Below are positions 18,801 through 28,408 of a stretch of 52,190 bases of DNA, piece by piece (position 1 is the stretch's first letter; every line of letters begins with the position of its first letter). This stretch comes from a virus. Lineage: Duplodnaviria > Caudoviricetes. Under the pieces are notes generated by a model. It was not told the origin of the DNA. It did no database searches and worked only from the letters and a program-made list of their open reading frames with translations. Where the stretch lies: IMG/VR virus record IMGVR_UViG_3300037493_003077, positions 1-52,190 of that record, one strand, 5' to 3'. The position numbers were made by a program, and so were the translations under genes.

Positions 18801-19105
18801 TTTGAATGTAAATATGCTGCGAGAAGAACAGAATAATTAATAAGGTCTTCAAGAGTGTCGTATACGGTTTCATCCTCTACGCTTAATTCCCCTCTACTTG
18901 CGAATGATGCTAGTCTAGACATCTTGTCGGTCATGCGGACAAGAAAGGCCTGCTCTGTTGAACAAACACCAAGTGCTTCAGCACGACGGAAATTAGCAAA
19001 TGGGTCGTTTCCAACACCAGCATAATCAGCATTCTTTTTCTTCATCATAACAAGAGCGGATTCACACATGGTTTCATGCATTTTAAAAAGGTCATCACGA
19101 GTCAT
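18797..19105 (-). CDS. Small all-alpha protein, DUF1599 / nucleotide-modification-associated-like
   Basis: KKNADYA, DPFANF, RMTDKMSRL, DTLEDLINYS pattern. Confidence 0.7.
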   Translation of the reverse strand: MTRDDLFKMHETMCESALVMMKKKNADYAGVGNDPFANFRRAEALGVCSTEQAFLVRMTDKMSRLASFASRGELSVEDETVYDTLEDLINYSVLLAAYLHSK

Positions 19106-19106
19106 A

Positions 19107-20444
19107 TTATTCTCCAAATAGTCCTTCTAGTGTAGCAAATCCTGGGGATAAGTCAAATCCATTCTTGGAAAAACACCAAATATTTTCAATAAAAGTTGTG
19201 GTTAAATGTGCTTTAAGATCAGCAGAATCAACATTTTTTGGACGCTGCTTGATTCTCATTCCAATCTGACCATCAAATGTTCCACCAAGACTCTTGATAT
19301 AATCTACCATTTGATCGCATGTATTATATCGTTTACCATATACATGTGGATCCATGATATTAATCATCATCGCTCCATTGTCGGTAAGGGATTCATAACA
19401 CGCTTTCATTACTGGTGCGTAGAACTTATTCCACCAGTTGTCATATTCGCTGTAACGGAACCAAGATTGTTTCCAATCATCTCCACCCTCATCATATAGT
19501 TCAGTTGCAAAATATGGAGGAGATGTAAAAATACAATCATATTTATTAGCACGAACAACATCAAGGATATCTTCAGCAGGAGCATTGTATACAATCACTT
19601 CTTTACCAGAAGAACCAACGCAATGGAAAGCATCATAGAAATGACCATTCACTTCTTTCTGAAAATCAGTGATAATTGGATCTTTACCACTGATTAGTTT
19701 TTCATATGCAATACATTGATCCTTATATACACAAAATACACTTGGATTCGGATCTGTTCCCAGATACTGAGTCGCCTTTGATGTATAAAATCCTGCAAGG
19801 CGATCTCCCCATCCCATACTAAAATCAAGAACACGGAATTGATGAGCCTTTACCTTGAACTTAACAAAATCAAAGATTGTCTTTGCTACTTGTGGTTTAA
19901 ACTGAGTAGCAACATATGCTCCAAGACGAAAGGATCCACGAATCTTTCCATGATTGATTCCACGATCTTCCATTCTCCAGAATGTCCAATTCATTTTCTT
20001 GAGTAGATCGGGAGAATACCAGTATTCATTTGGAGAAACAAATCCATGAGATCCACAATCATAGCGATTGCGTTGATGATAGTAATTGCTAATGTCATTG
20101 AAATAATGACCAAATGAAATTACAAATTTACCATGAGTTGAATATGGATATTTGTAATCCTCATATTTTTCAACGACTTCTCCTGATTCACGCATAATAA
20201 ATTCCATATGCGGAGCAGCACGAAGTTCACGAAATTTCTTTTCAGAGTCTTCAATTGGAATTTGTCTAAAAGGAAATAACACAGAATACTTTGAAATATA
20301 TTCTGCCATTCCTTCTTTGATTTCTTCTTTCTTGAAGAGAGTATTCATCTCTTCCCAATCAGTCCCACCAATAATTGGTATACCGTCATCCCCAGCGAAC
20401 TTCTTTAGAAAGTTCACAACATCATCAAGTTTTGCTGTATTCAT
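19107..20444 (-). CDS. Amino (N4-C/N6-A) DNA methyltransferase
   Basis: VLDFSMGWGDRL SAM-binding motif followed by FTSPPYF catalytic motif. Confidence 0.82.
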   Translation of the reverse strand: MNTAKLDDVVNFLKKFAGDDGIPIIGGTDWEEMNTLFKKEEIKEGMAEYISKYSVLFPFRQIPIEDSEKKFRELRAAPHMEFIMRESGEVVEKYEDYKYPYSTHGKFVISFGHYFNDISNYYHQRNRYDCGSHGFVSPNEYWYSPDLLKKMNWTFWRMEDRGINHGKIRGSFRLGAYVATQFKPQVAKTIFDFVKFKVKAHQFRVLDFSMGWGDRLAGFYTSKATQYLGTDPNPSVFCVYKDQCIAYEKLISGKDPIITDFQKEVNGHFYDAFHCVGSSGKEVIVYNAPAEDILDVVRANKYDCIFTSPPYFATELYDEGGDDWKQSWFRYSEYDNWWNKFYAPVMKACYESLTDNGAMMINIMDPHVYGKRYNTCDQMVDYIKSLGGTFDGQIGMRIKQRPKNVDSADLKAHLTTTFIENIWCFSKNGFDLSPGFATLEGLFGE

Positions 20445-20959
20445 TGTATTCCTGTAGATCCAAACCCACCATCACGATTACCTCTCGCAAGTGGTCTTTC
20501 ATTTGTAAAATTAATCAAGGTCTTATAATTAAAGACCATTTCTCCCTGAGCGATTCTATCATTATCGTAGATTCTGATCTTTTTCTGTGCTGTATTATAC
20601 ACAGGAATAAAAACTTCATGTACATAATCAGAATCAATTATACCAACACAATTAATAAGATTCAACCCTTGTTTGGTAGAAATCCCAGATCTTGGATAAA
20701 TTCGTACAGAATGATTACATGGAATATCCATGATCAATCCAGTAGGAATCAATACTCTCCATTCACCAGGAATATCAATATAATTCTTACCAGAAGTATC
20801 CTGAGTTACAAGCATTTCCATAAGATTGTTTTCTTTGGTGTATGCTTTTACTGACCCCTGATAATGTAAAAATGCACTAAGATCAAAACATGCCGCATTC
20901 TCTGAACCATATTTTGGTTCAGGAACATCTTTGTGAAGTTTAAACAGTTTCAATTCCAT
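20441..20959 (-). CDS. dut: Trimeric dUTPase
   Basis: ACFDL, PRSG, GIIDSDY, DRIAQG, RDGGFGSTG. Confidence 0.95.
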   Translation of the reverse strand: MELKLFKLHKDVPEPKYGSENAACFDLSAFLHYQGSVKAYTKENNLMEMLVTQDTSGKNYIDIPGEWRVLIPTGLIMDIPCNHSVRIYPRSGISTKQGLNLINCVGIIDSDYVHEVFIPVYNTAQKKIRIYDNDRIAQGEMVFNYKTLINFTNERPLARGNRDGGFGSTGIQ

Positions 20960-20965
20960 AACTCA

Positions 20966-20993
20966 ATTATACCATAAATACAATTCAAGTCAA
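20966..20993 (-). promoter_or_regulatory. Sigma70-like promoter
   Basis: TTGACT-N16-TATAAT (TGGTATAAT), ATG 6 nt downstream. Confidence 0.72.
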
Positions 20994-20996
20994 GAG

Positions 20997-21551
20997 TCAA
21001 CTATTGATATTACAAATAACGACATATTCTCCAAGATCTACTTGAGTATGTATAGTATTTGCTACCAACCCAACGGAAGAAAGCAGTTCGTCTAGTTCTG
21101 CTCGGGTATATCCTGCAAACTGTAGTTTTGCCAATCCCATCAGTCCTTCTTCTTTCATCACAGTGAACACAAGCCATTTCTTGGCAATCTTTTTACAGTT
21201 TGTTAACAGATCAAATAGTAGTTGTTTGTTCTTTGCTTTGTCTTCACCGATATTGTAAGTCACAGTACCGTATAGGCAAACAAGATCAAATTTCTTCTTG
21301 GGAAGTTTGGTGTGAGTCTTACACGGGCATAGTGCAAGTGCGTTTTCACGAATGTCCATTGCTTCATACGCAACCTCTGGCTTGTTCTTCTCTAACCATT
21401 TAAGCAGATTACATGGACCTGATCCAACATCCAACACAGAAGAGAACTCTAATGGAGCCAAGATACCAAATCTTCGTTGATACTGTTGATCACCATATCC
21501 AGTAGATTCTGGAGTTGGATAGAAGTAATTTATGTCACGGGAGTTGCCCAT
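20997..21551 (-). CDS. Class I SAM-dependent methyltransferase
   Basis: SVLDVGSGP motif; start set at ATG 21551 (GGAGA RBS). Confidence 0.8.
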   Translation of the reverse strand: MGNSRDINYFYPTPESTGYGDQQYQRRFGILAPLEFSSVLDVGSGPCNLLKWLEKNKPEVAYEAMDIRENALALCPCKTHTKLPKKKFDLVCLYGTVTYNIGEDKAKNKQLLFDLLTNCKKIAKKWLVFTVMKEEGLMGLAKLQFAGYTRAELDELLSSVGLVANTIHTQVDLGEYVVICNINS

Positions 21552-21988
21552 ACAATCTCCCTTGGATTTTCTTGTGTGGTAATATCTCGCAATGCTTGAC
21601 GGTAGACCGCCCACTCGGCTTTCTTCGCAGGTAGGAGAGGAGAGTCGGGCATTTGAGTCCAGTCAGTAGCAGTTAGTTCATTGTTCCGCATTGATCGGAC
21701 AATTTCCCACGCATTGATATCGGAAATCGGATTGGCTGTTCGTGTCCCCGTAACGGTTTTGGTTATGTCATCAACAACATTGACTACATTGGAGAGCGTG
21801 TAAAACTGATTGGAATCAGGAGTGATTTCGGTGTAGGGATAGAACGCATATCCTGCATTTCCCGACCAAGACATATCCGACAACTCTGAATCGGAAAGAG
21901 CATTTGGATAGGAAAGGTTCTTCCATGCGGTTGGAAGTTCGTTGTGGATTTGCACGATTTCGAGGTTGTATAGTTCTGCGTATTTCAT
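21530..21988 (-). CDS. Tail-fibre assembly chaperone-like protein
   Basis: RSMRNNELTATDWTQMPDSPL...WAVYRQALRDIT...W C-terminal motif. Confidence 0.82.
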   Translation of the reverse strand: MKYAELYNLEIVQIHNELPTAWKNLSYPNALSDSELSDMSWSGNAGYAFYPYTEITPDSNQFYTLSNVVNVVDDITKTVTGTRTANPISDINAWEIVRSMRNNELTATDWTQMPDSPLLPAKKAEWAVYRQALRDITTQENPREIVWATPVT

Positions 21989-21993
21989 TTTGA

Positions 21994-22437
21994 TTATATG
22001 TTTGTGTGCGGCCATGTATCAAGAATGGCGTTCGAGTCGCTTGTGTTGGTTACGGTGAGAGTTGTCGATCCTTCACCTGGACGAATTCGAGTGGTAATTC
22101 TAAAAAACAACCATTCATTATTTGAAACGCTGAATGTGGAGGAAACTGTATTTGCTTCAGCAGTAGGCATTATTGTAGTAAAAGTTGCGGGCTGGGTGTT
22201 AGTTGAGTTTACACCATAAGCCAGATTTGCGATTGTTAAATCGGTACTGTTGGTTACTGTGAGGTTGATACTTGAGGAAATTGCAGTTATCTGTTGACCG
22301 ATTGTGTATATAAACCCTGATGTTTTGGCTAATGCTGAACTACTAGTATTATTCCAATTCACAGCGTTTGGCGTGACATCTGCCGCACTACCCTTCTTAG
22401 CATTTACACAGATTGATTTTGCGAGTCCTTGTAGCAT
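21994..22437 (-). CDS. Hypothetical beta-rich fibre-associated protein
   Basis: TAATG-coupled to the fibre gene; similar to 33578..34129. Confidence 0.65.
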   Translation of the reverse strand: MLQGLAKSICVNAKKGSAADVTPNAVNWNNTSSSALAKTSGFIYTIGQQITAISSSINLTVTNSTDLTIANLAYGVNSTNTQPATFTTIMPTAEANTVSSTFSVSNNEWLFFRITTRIRPGEGSTTLTVTNTSDSNAILDTWPHTNI

Positions 22438-23774
22438 TAGAAGTTCTGCCCTCCAACAAATCCTAACCAAGTACTACCACCGTCTCTACTCAAGAACGAG
22501 TACACATCAATTTTATTTAGGGTTGATGTGTAAGTCGGCGCAACACCTCCTGCCCATGAGGCAGCGGTATTTCCAATGTTCCAAGTCATTGTTCGTGCTG
22601 TGCCGTCTCCAACAAACAACAAAGAGAATCCAACAGCATTTGCATTTCCATTATCTGGAACATTTGTTACACTAAGTCCAGTACCTGCTAATGTATATTT
22701 TGTTCTGAATACTTGACCAGTACTAAGATCAATTGGTATTGGTGATCCTTTGCTTGCAAAATCTCCAAGATCAACATATCGCTCAAAGTAATCCAGCAAC
22801 TCCACACGGGAAAGAACATTATCTTGTAGATTGACATTGCCACTAAAGGTTGCACCACTTGCAGTCAGACCACCGCTGAATGTAGCAAGACCTGTGTGTG
22901 CTGATGTGCTATTGAATGTCACACCCGAGGATGCAAAAATGTTGCTTGCAGTCAATCCACCGCTGAATGTAGCAAGACCTGTGTGTGCTGATGTGCTATT
23001 GAATGTCACACCAGCAGAGGCGTATAGTGTAGTTGAGGTGATACCCGCAGAGAATGTTTGAAGTGCGGTGAAGGTGTTTGCAACCCCCGTTGTAATACCA
23101 CTCGATGGTGTTGCCCAACTCAATGTTGCTGGGGTTGCTCCATCAGTTGTTAGTACTTGATTAGCACTTCCATTTGATGCAGGGAATGTATATCCCCAAC
23201 CATATCCATAAAATTGTATAGTTGATCCTGTTAATTTTACTGAATTTGTTGAACTGACAGTAAAAGAATTTGATAATGCTTCATGATCTAAACTATCTGA
23301 AGTTAAGTATAAGTTTTCTGAATTATTGGCTACTAATACGGCAGATGTGGTAAGAAAAATACCCGTGTTTCCATTAGCGACATATAAATTTCTTATATTT
23401 AATGCACCAGTACTTGGAACATATGAAAATGGCGTTGTGACATTGTCCACATAAAGTGCAGTATTTCCTTCTCCTCCAGCAAATACTGGATAGAATGTAG
23501 AACTATTATTGATTGAGGTAACCGTTGCAGCAGCTGCATAGGTAATAGAAACCGCACCTGTGATTCCATTCACAGAAGATACACCAGTAACTGCTCCAGT
23601 TGCTCCATTGAATGAAGTTACAAGTGCATTTGGGTCAACGAGAGTAACAACACCACCAACGGCATTTCCAACAAATAATTTTCTATCGGTTACATTTACC
23701 GCTAGTTCACCAGCAGAAAGACCAGCAGGAACAGATGCGGCTGTAAAGGAATTCTTTAATAAAACTTTTGCCAT
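22437..23774 (-). CDS. Tail-fibre-like structural protein
   Basis: LSAGELAVNVTDRKLFVG anchor motif, VTSFNGATGAV repeats, C-terminal WAGGVAP...DGGSTWLG domain. Confidence 0.75.
   Translation of the reverse strand: MAKVLLKNSFTAASVPAGLSAGELAVNVTDRKLFVGNAVGGVVTLVDPNALVTSFNGATGAVTGVSSVNGITGAVSITYAAAATVTSINNSSTFYPVFAGGEGNTALYVDNVTTPFSYVPSTGALNIRNLYVANGNTGIFLTTSAVLVANNSENLYLTSDSLDHEALSNSFTVSSTNSVKLTGSTIQFYGYGWGYTFPASNGSANQVLTTDGATPATLSWATPSSGITTGVANTFTALQTFSAGITSTTLYASAGVTFNSTSAHTGLATFSGGLTASNIFASSGVTFNSTSAHTGLATFSGGLTASGATFSGNVNLQDNVLSRVELLDYFERYVDLGDFASKGSPIPIDLSTGQVFRTKYTLAGTGLSVTNVPDNGNANAVGFSLLFVGDGTARTMTWNIGNTAASWAGGVAPTYTSTLNKIDVYSFLSRDGGSTWLGFVGGQNF
22858..23012. repeat. Intragenic tandem duplication, 87-bp period
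   Basis: GVTFNSTSAHTGLATFSGGLTAS encoded twice with near-identical DNA. Confidence 0.85.
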
Positions 23775-23777
23775 GTG

Positions 23778-24302
23778 TTACACTGCTACTTTTTGTTTTT
23801 TAACTTTACTTTCATTAATAGTTTTCTGCAATTCAGAATTCTCAAATTCAAGAGCAGAATATTTAATGGTTAGTTCTTTACTTTCATTAAGTGTTTTCTG
23901 CAATTCAGAATTCTCAACTTCGATAGCAGAAAACCTATTCCGTAGAATATCATATTCTCCAATGGCATTATTCTTCATCGACTCTTCTCGTACAAGTTTA
24001 TCATTCAGATTGGACATATTCTGTTGCAGTTGATTTAACTGATTTACAGCATCGTTTCTGGCAGATGTATACTCGCCAATAGATTTATTGATATTCTCTA
24101 TATTGAGTTTGAGATTCTCTATTTGATTGACCAGACCTTCTACTTTTTCATTTTCTTGATTTGCAAAAGACTCAAAGTCCTTTACCTTGGTTTGCTCAAT
24201 CAATAACTTCGCCTCAAATACAAGGTTTAGACTCAATAAGTCTTTACACTTCTTCTCTAAGAATGGCAACACGACCTTATCATTATAATTCACTTCTTCC
24301 AT
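23778..24302 (-). CDS. Coiled-coil protein with a 24-aa-period internal repeat
   Basis: Heptad-rich; ENSELQKT(L/I)NESK twice; GGAGG RBS. Confidence 0.75.
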   Translation of the reverse strand: MEEVNYNDKVVLPFLEKKCKDLLSLNLVFEAKLLIEQTKVKDFESFANQENEKVEGLVNQIENLKLNIENINKSIGEYTSARNDAVNQLNQLQQNMSNLNDKLVREESMKNNAIGEYDILRNRFSAIEVENSELQKTLNESKELTIKYSALEFENSELQKTINESKVKKQKVAV

Positions 24303-24323
24303 TATATACCTCCATAGTATTTA

Positions 24324-26051
24324 TTAGTATGTTCCACCATCAACAATAGCAGTGCTGTTTGATCCGAATAGATTGTTCACCGTGACTTTTCTGTTTGTGC
24401 CGTTTGCGCCGTCATCCACAATTAAGAGGTCATCTCCTATGATGGTTGTGGTTACCGTTCCGCCATCTATATCCAATGCAGATAGAGAAACTTTATTCGC
24501 AGTAGATATGGTAGCAAGTTTAGTATCTACTATACCAGCAGATGCATTGATATCTGCATCAAGAATGGATCCTGCCACATATGCAGCAGTAATAGTTATA
24601 TCAGCAGAACCATTGAAGTTTGCCGTTCCTGATAAGTCTCCACCAAGTGTTATCGCACGAGTAGTCGTTAGTGTAGCAGCACTACCCGAGACATTTCCTG
24701 TCAAGGATGCGGTTATTGTTCCTGCTGAAAAATTACCAGATGCATCTCTAGCAACAATCTGAGATGCTGTATTTGCATAAGTCGCACCAGATGTTACGAT
24801 ATATTGTGTACCTTCTCCTGCTGCACCAGTAATGGTAAGACCTATACCAGCAACAGTAACATCGGCAGCATAATTTCCTGTGGTATCAGTTCCGAGTGCT
24901 ACTGAATTAGCCGCAATCGTTGTGGTGATGGTTACATCTGAAGTTGCATCAAAACTAACAGTACCTGTGACATCACCACTAAGAGCAATATTTCTTGCTG
25001 TTGCTAAACTAGTCGCTGCATATGCAGTGAATCCTGCGGCATTTGGATTTTGCCAAGTGTTCGCACCGAGAGCATTTCCTCTGAGAATATATCCTGTTGT
25101 GGGTTCCGCATTGACATCAACAATGGTTCCAGTGAAATCTCTAAATGTATGAGTTTGATTTCCTGCTGCACTGCCAACAATCGTATCTGCTGTAACCGTA
25201 CCATTTTGTAATAGTAAATTTGCAACATGAAGATTTCCATAGGAAACTCCTGTGACAACTTCACCAGTAACCGTTGAACTCTTCTGAAATGCGAATTCAG
25301 CAAGACTTGCATCCCAACCAAAGAATCCTGTACGACCAGCAGTATCATAATAATTAAATACAATACCACGATCTTTTCCCGAATCCGATGCGGAAATCGG
25401 TAGACCACCCGAGGTTCCAAGGGTAATCAGTGGATCGTCTATGGTCATCGTATTGCTATTGACTGTGGTGGTAGATCCGTTGATTGTGAGATCACCAGTA
25501 ACAGTCAAATTACCACCAACTGTACCATTTCCAGTGGTTGTGATTGTGGTGAAACTTGGAGTAGCACTTACCGCAATAGTAACTGCTCCTGTAGCACCAG
25601 AAACCGTTATTTGATTTCCAGCAACCGCAGATTGAACACCAGTATTCGTAAAGGTGACGGCTCCTGTAGCTCCCGATACGGAAATTCCTGTTCCCGCAAC
25701 CGCAGATACAACGCCTGTGTTCGTTAGGGTTATTCCACCAGCAGCAGCAGCAACGGAGACACCAGAACCACCATAAATATTAACCGCACCAGTAAGACCA
25801 TTCAATGAAGATACTGCGCCTCCTGCGATATTATTATCAATATAGGTTTTTACTGCATTTTGGGTTGGAATCTTGTTATCACTAGTACCTAAAGTAACGC
25901 CAGTGGTAATTTCTGCACCAACTCGCAATGATGTTCCATCATTCTTTGCGACATATAGTGAATTTAACCCATCAACGAACGCTGGTTCGCCGAATGTAAG
26001 ACCTGTGGGGAGAGTAGTTGTTGCGTTTCGCTTAATTCGAATTGTAGACAT
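24324..26051 (-). CDS. Tail-fibre-like structural protein
   Basis: MSTIRIKR..LTFGEPA, KIPTQNAVKTYID, GNLTVTGDLTING, RNIALSGDVTG, C-terminal DGGTY. Confidence 0.78.
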   Translation of the reverse strand: MSTIRIKRNATTTLPTGLTFGEPAFVDGLNSLYVAKNDGTSLRVGAEITTGVTLGTSDNKIPTQNAVKTYIDNNIAGGAVSSLNGLTGAVNIYGGSGVSVAAAAGGITLTNTGVVSAVAGTGISVSGATGAVTFTNTGVQSAVAGNQITVSGATGAVTIAVSATPSFTTITTTGNGTVGGNLTVTGDLTINGSTTTVNSNTMTIDDPLITLGTSGGLPISASDSGKDRGIVFNYYDTAGRTGFFGWDASLAEFAFQKSSTVTGEVVTGVSYGNLHVANLLLQNGTVTADTIVGSAAGNQTHTFRDFTGTIVDVNAEPTTGYILRGNALGANTWQNPNAAGFTAYAATSLATARNIALSGDVTGTVSFDATSDVTITTTIAANSVALGTDTTGNYAADVTVAGIGLTITGAAGEGTQYIVTSGATYANTASQIVARDASGNFSAGTITASLTGNVSGSAATLTTTRAITLGGDLSGTANFNGSADITITAAYVAGSILDADINASAGIVDTKLATISTANKVSLSALDIDGGTVTTTIIGDDLLIVDDGANGTNRKVTVNNLFGSNSTAIVDGGTY

Positions 26052-26052
26052 A

Positions 26053-26952
26053 TTAGTAAGTTCCTCCGTCTATGTATATGAAACCGAACATTTGAATATC
26101 TCCCCCAACAGTTAAATTTCCAGAAATTGTTACATTATTTGGAAGACCAATGATAATATTGGGGCATATACTTGTTACTTCTATCTCTCCAGTTGTTCCT
26201 GTGATTCCAAGTATTCCAGTACAACCATTGATTGAATTTACGATATTAGGTGCGTAAACATTTCCAGTAAATGTCATTCCAGAAACTGGAACATTTACAT
26301 TCATTACTGTAGAATTGATATTTAAAAGATCTGATCCAGTTGAACTGAATCCATTATAGATCGTAAAAAGTCCAGATGAATTATGAAGCAATGTATTGTA
26401 CTGAGAAGTACCATTGGAATATCCTAAACGAATTGCACCTATTCTTCCAGCCGATGAATTGACTGGACCTTTGGTTGAAAGAAACCCAATTCCATCAGTT
26501 GTATCTGTTGCGATTATTTGACCAGAAGAAATTCCAGCAGCAAATTCTTGTATAGCAGTGAATGTTGTAAGTCTAGTTCTATTTACTGCACTATCTTGTG
26601 TAGTTCCATCTGGAAATTGAACATAGAATCCACGATCTGATATAGGTGGATTATTTCCAACTGCTATAGAACCTGGAAATACTGTTATTGGTACTTCTAG
26701 AGATCTTTCGTAATTTGTTCCATCACTATAAAATCTTGGAATACCAAGTTCATTATATAACCAATATAATTCACATTGTTCAGTGGATAAAACTGAAATA
26801 GCAACAACTGCCACACTATAGGCATCTGGGAATACAGAACCACCAGACACAACAATATCAATAACTCTGTTGTCAGAAGAACGAACAATTGCAACTCTAT
26901 TATAGAATTGATCAATTGCTCCTGAATTTAATGATGGACTTGGTGCTGACAT
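26053..26952 (-). CDS. Putative structural/fibre protein
   Basis: FPDGTTQ, IIGLPNNVTISGNLTV, C-terminal IDGGTY; shares a module with 35834..38467. Confidence 0.68.
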   Translation of the reverse strand: MSAPSPSLNSGAIDQFYNRVAIVRSSDNRVIDIVVSGGSVFPDAYSVAVVAISVLSTEQCELYWLYNELGIPRFYSDGTNYERSLEVPITVFPGSIAVGNNPPISDRGFYVQFPDGTTQDSAVNRTRLTTFTAIQEFAAGISSGQIIATDTTDGIGFLSTKGPVNSSAGRIGAIRLGYSNGTSQYNTLLHNSSGLFTIYNGFSSTGSDLLNINSTVMNVNVPVSGMTFTGNVYAPNIVNSINGCTGILGITGTTGEIEVTSICPNIIIGLPNNVTISGNLTVGGDIQMFGFIYIDGGTY

Positions 26953-26956
26953 ATTT

Positions 26957-27964
26957 TTACATCTTTGCTATTATACAACAATAACCATTTCCACCATTCC
27001 CACCAGTACCACCAGGAACTCCAGTGGCTCTAGCTGCCCCTCCCCCTCCACCGCCTCCACCGCGAAACCCATTGCCTCCATTACCACCACCCAGGGTTGC
27101 TGTGGCACTAGTGCTTGCCCCACCACCCGCACCACCAATTCCACCACCCAACAATTTCATACTAGTTCCAATCATAAATCTACCGTTTTGTCCAGCACCT
27201 AATGTTGGTCCTGCATTTATTCGCCCACCTAACGCTGCTGTTATTCCAAAAGTAGCACCGACAAGTGGTAAATTTAAATGATATAGAATTGGTCTATCTG
27301 TTGCATATGCATTAGTTGCTATTTCAATAGACCCACCTGTAAAGGGACTGGGTGTTGTATTACAACTACCACCACCAGCACCATTATTATTTCTTGCATC
27401 CAATATTACAACAGGAAGCAATGCAGTAGAAAATCCACCGTTTTGCCCAGAAGAATTTGCTATTGCAACAAATCCAAAATTTGAAAATTTACCTGCACCA
27501 CCAGCAGCAACACCAGCAGCACTTGGCTGTGCTGCACTAGCTGCACCCACACCACCACCTTGCGCTTTGATGAACAATCCTGGAAACCCAGACATTGATA
27601 TACTAGAATTTCCACCAGGTCCACCATTTGTGGCAGCTCTAGTACCTGGAATTGCACTACTGCCACCAGCACCACCAGCACCAATCGTCACATTAAGTGT
27701 TGTTGAAGGAAGATCATCCACAATCAAACAGTCAACATATATGATGCTTCCACCCGATCCCGCACCACCACCAGACGCATTATTAGTATTATTTCCAGCA
27801 GCACCACCACCGCCACCACCAGCACCACCAATTAAAAGAATCTGCAATGATGCAGCAGTAGGCGGAATAGCGTAAGATGCATTTGCGTCAAATTCAGTAA
27901 CACTGATTATATTTGGTAATGCTATTCCAGTTGTAGAAGGAAATCCATATATCCCTTGATTCAT
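26957..27964 (-). CDS. Glycine-rich (polyglycine-II bundle type) phage structural protein
   Basis: IGGAGGGGGG, VTIGAGGAGG, GGNGGNGYCCII. Confidence 0.75.
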   Translation of the reverse strand: MNQGIYGFPSTTGIALPNIISVTEFDANASYAIPPTAASLQILLIGGAGGGGGGAAGNNTNNASGGGAGSGGSIIYVDCLIVDDLPSTTLNVTIGAGGAGGSSAIPGTRAATNGGPGGNSSISMSGFPGLFIKAQGGGVGAASAAQPSAAGVAAGGAGKFSNFGFVAIANSSGQNGGFSTALLPVVILDARNNNGAGGGSCNTTPSPFTGGSIEIATNAYATDRPILYHLNLPLVGATFGITAALGGRINAGPTLGAGQNGRFMIGTSMKLLGGGIGGAGGGASTSATATLGGGNGGNGFRGGGGGGGGAARATGVPGGTGGNGGNGYCCIIAKM

Positions 27965-28398
27965 AGAACTCCACTCTCAATAATTATATTATAGGTATCC
28001 GCTACATGAGTTGAAGCATATATTTGATATGCGTTTGCTCCGCTTACACCTGGAACTACCATTCCAACTAATTCTGGAATTTCTGTTCTATATGCTGAAG
28101 TAGTGGCAGAAACTGTTGTGCCATATACTGGTTTTTCTAATATAACTCTTCGAGTTGTTCCACTGTCTGGAGATAGAAAAAATCTTACAATTCCGCTAGA
28201 AGTTCCACTGACTCCATGAATTACTCCGCGAGTGATTCTTTTTCCAACACCAGATCCACCAGAGAATGTTGGTCCAGAACATACTAAAAATATATCAGTA
28301 CCAATAGTTCCACCACCAGTTCTTCCAGTATTTGCTGTAGGACCAATTTGTGTGATATCAATTATAGGTGATGCGACAAATTGTGCGGTTGTTGCCAT
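27961..28398 (-). CDS. Hypothetical structural protein
   Basis: AAGGA RBS, ATGA overlap with the next gene. Confidence 0.7.
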   Translation of the reverse strand: MATTAQFVASPIIDITQIGPTANTGRTGGGTIGTDIFLVCSGPTFSGGSGVGKRITRGVIHGVSGTSSGIVRFFLSPDSGTTRRVILEKPVYGTTVSATTSAYRTEIPELVGMVVPGVSGANAYQIYASTHVADTYNIIIESGVL

Positions 28399-28408
28399 TG
28401 TATTTTCC

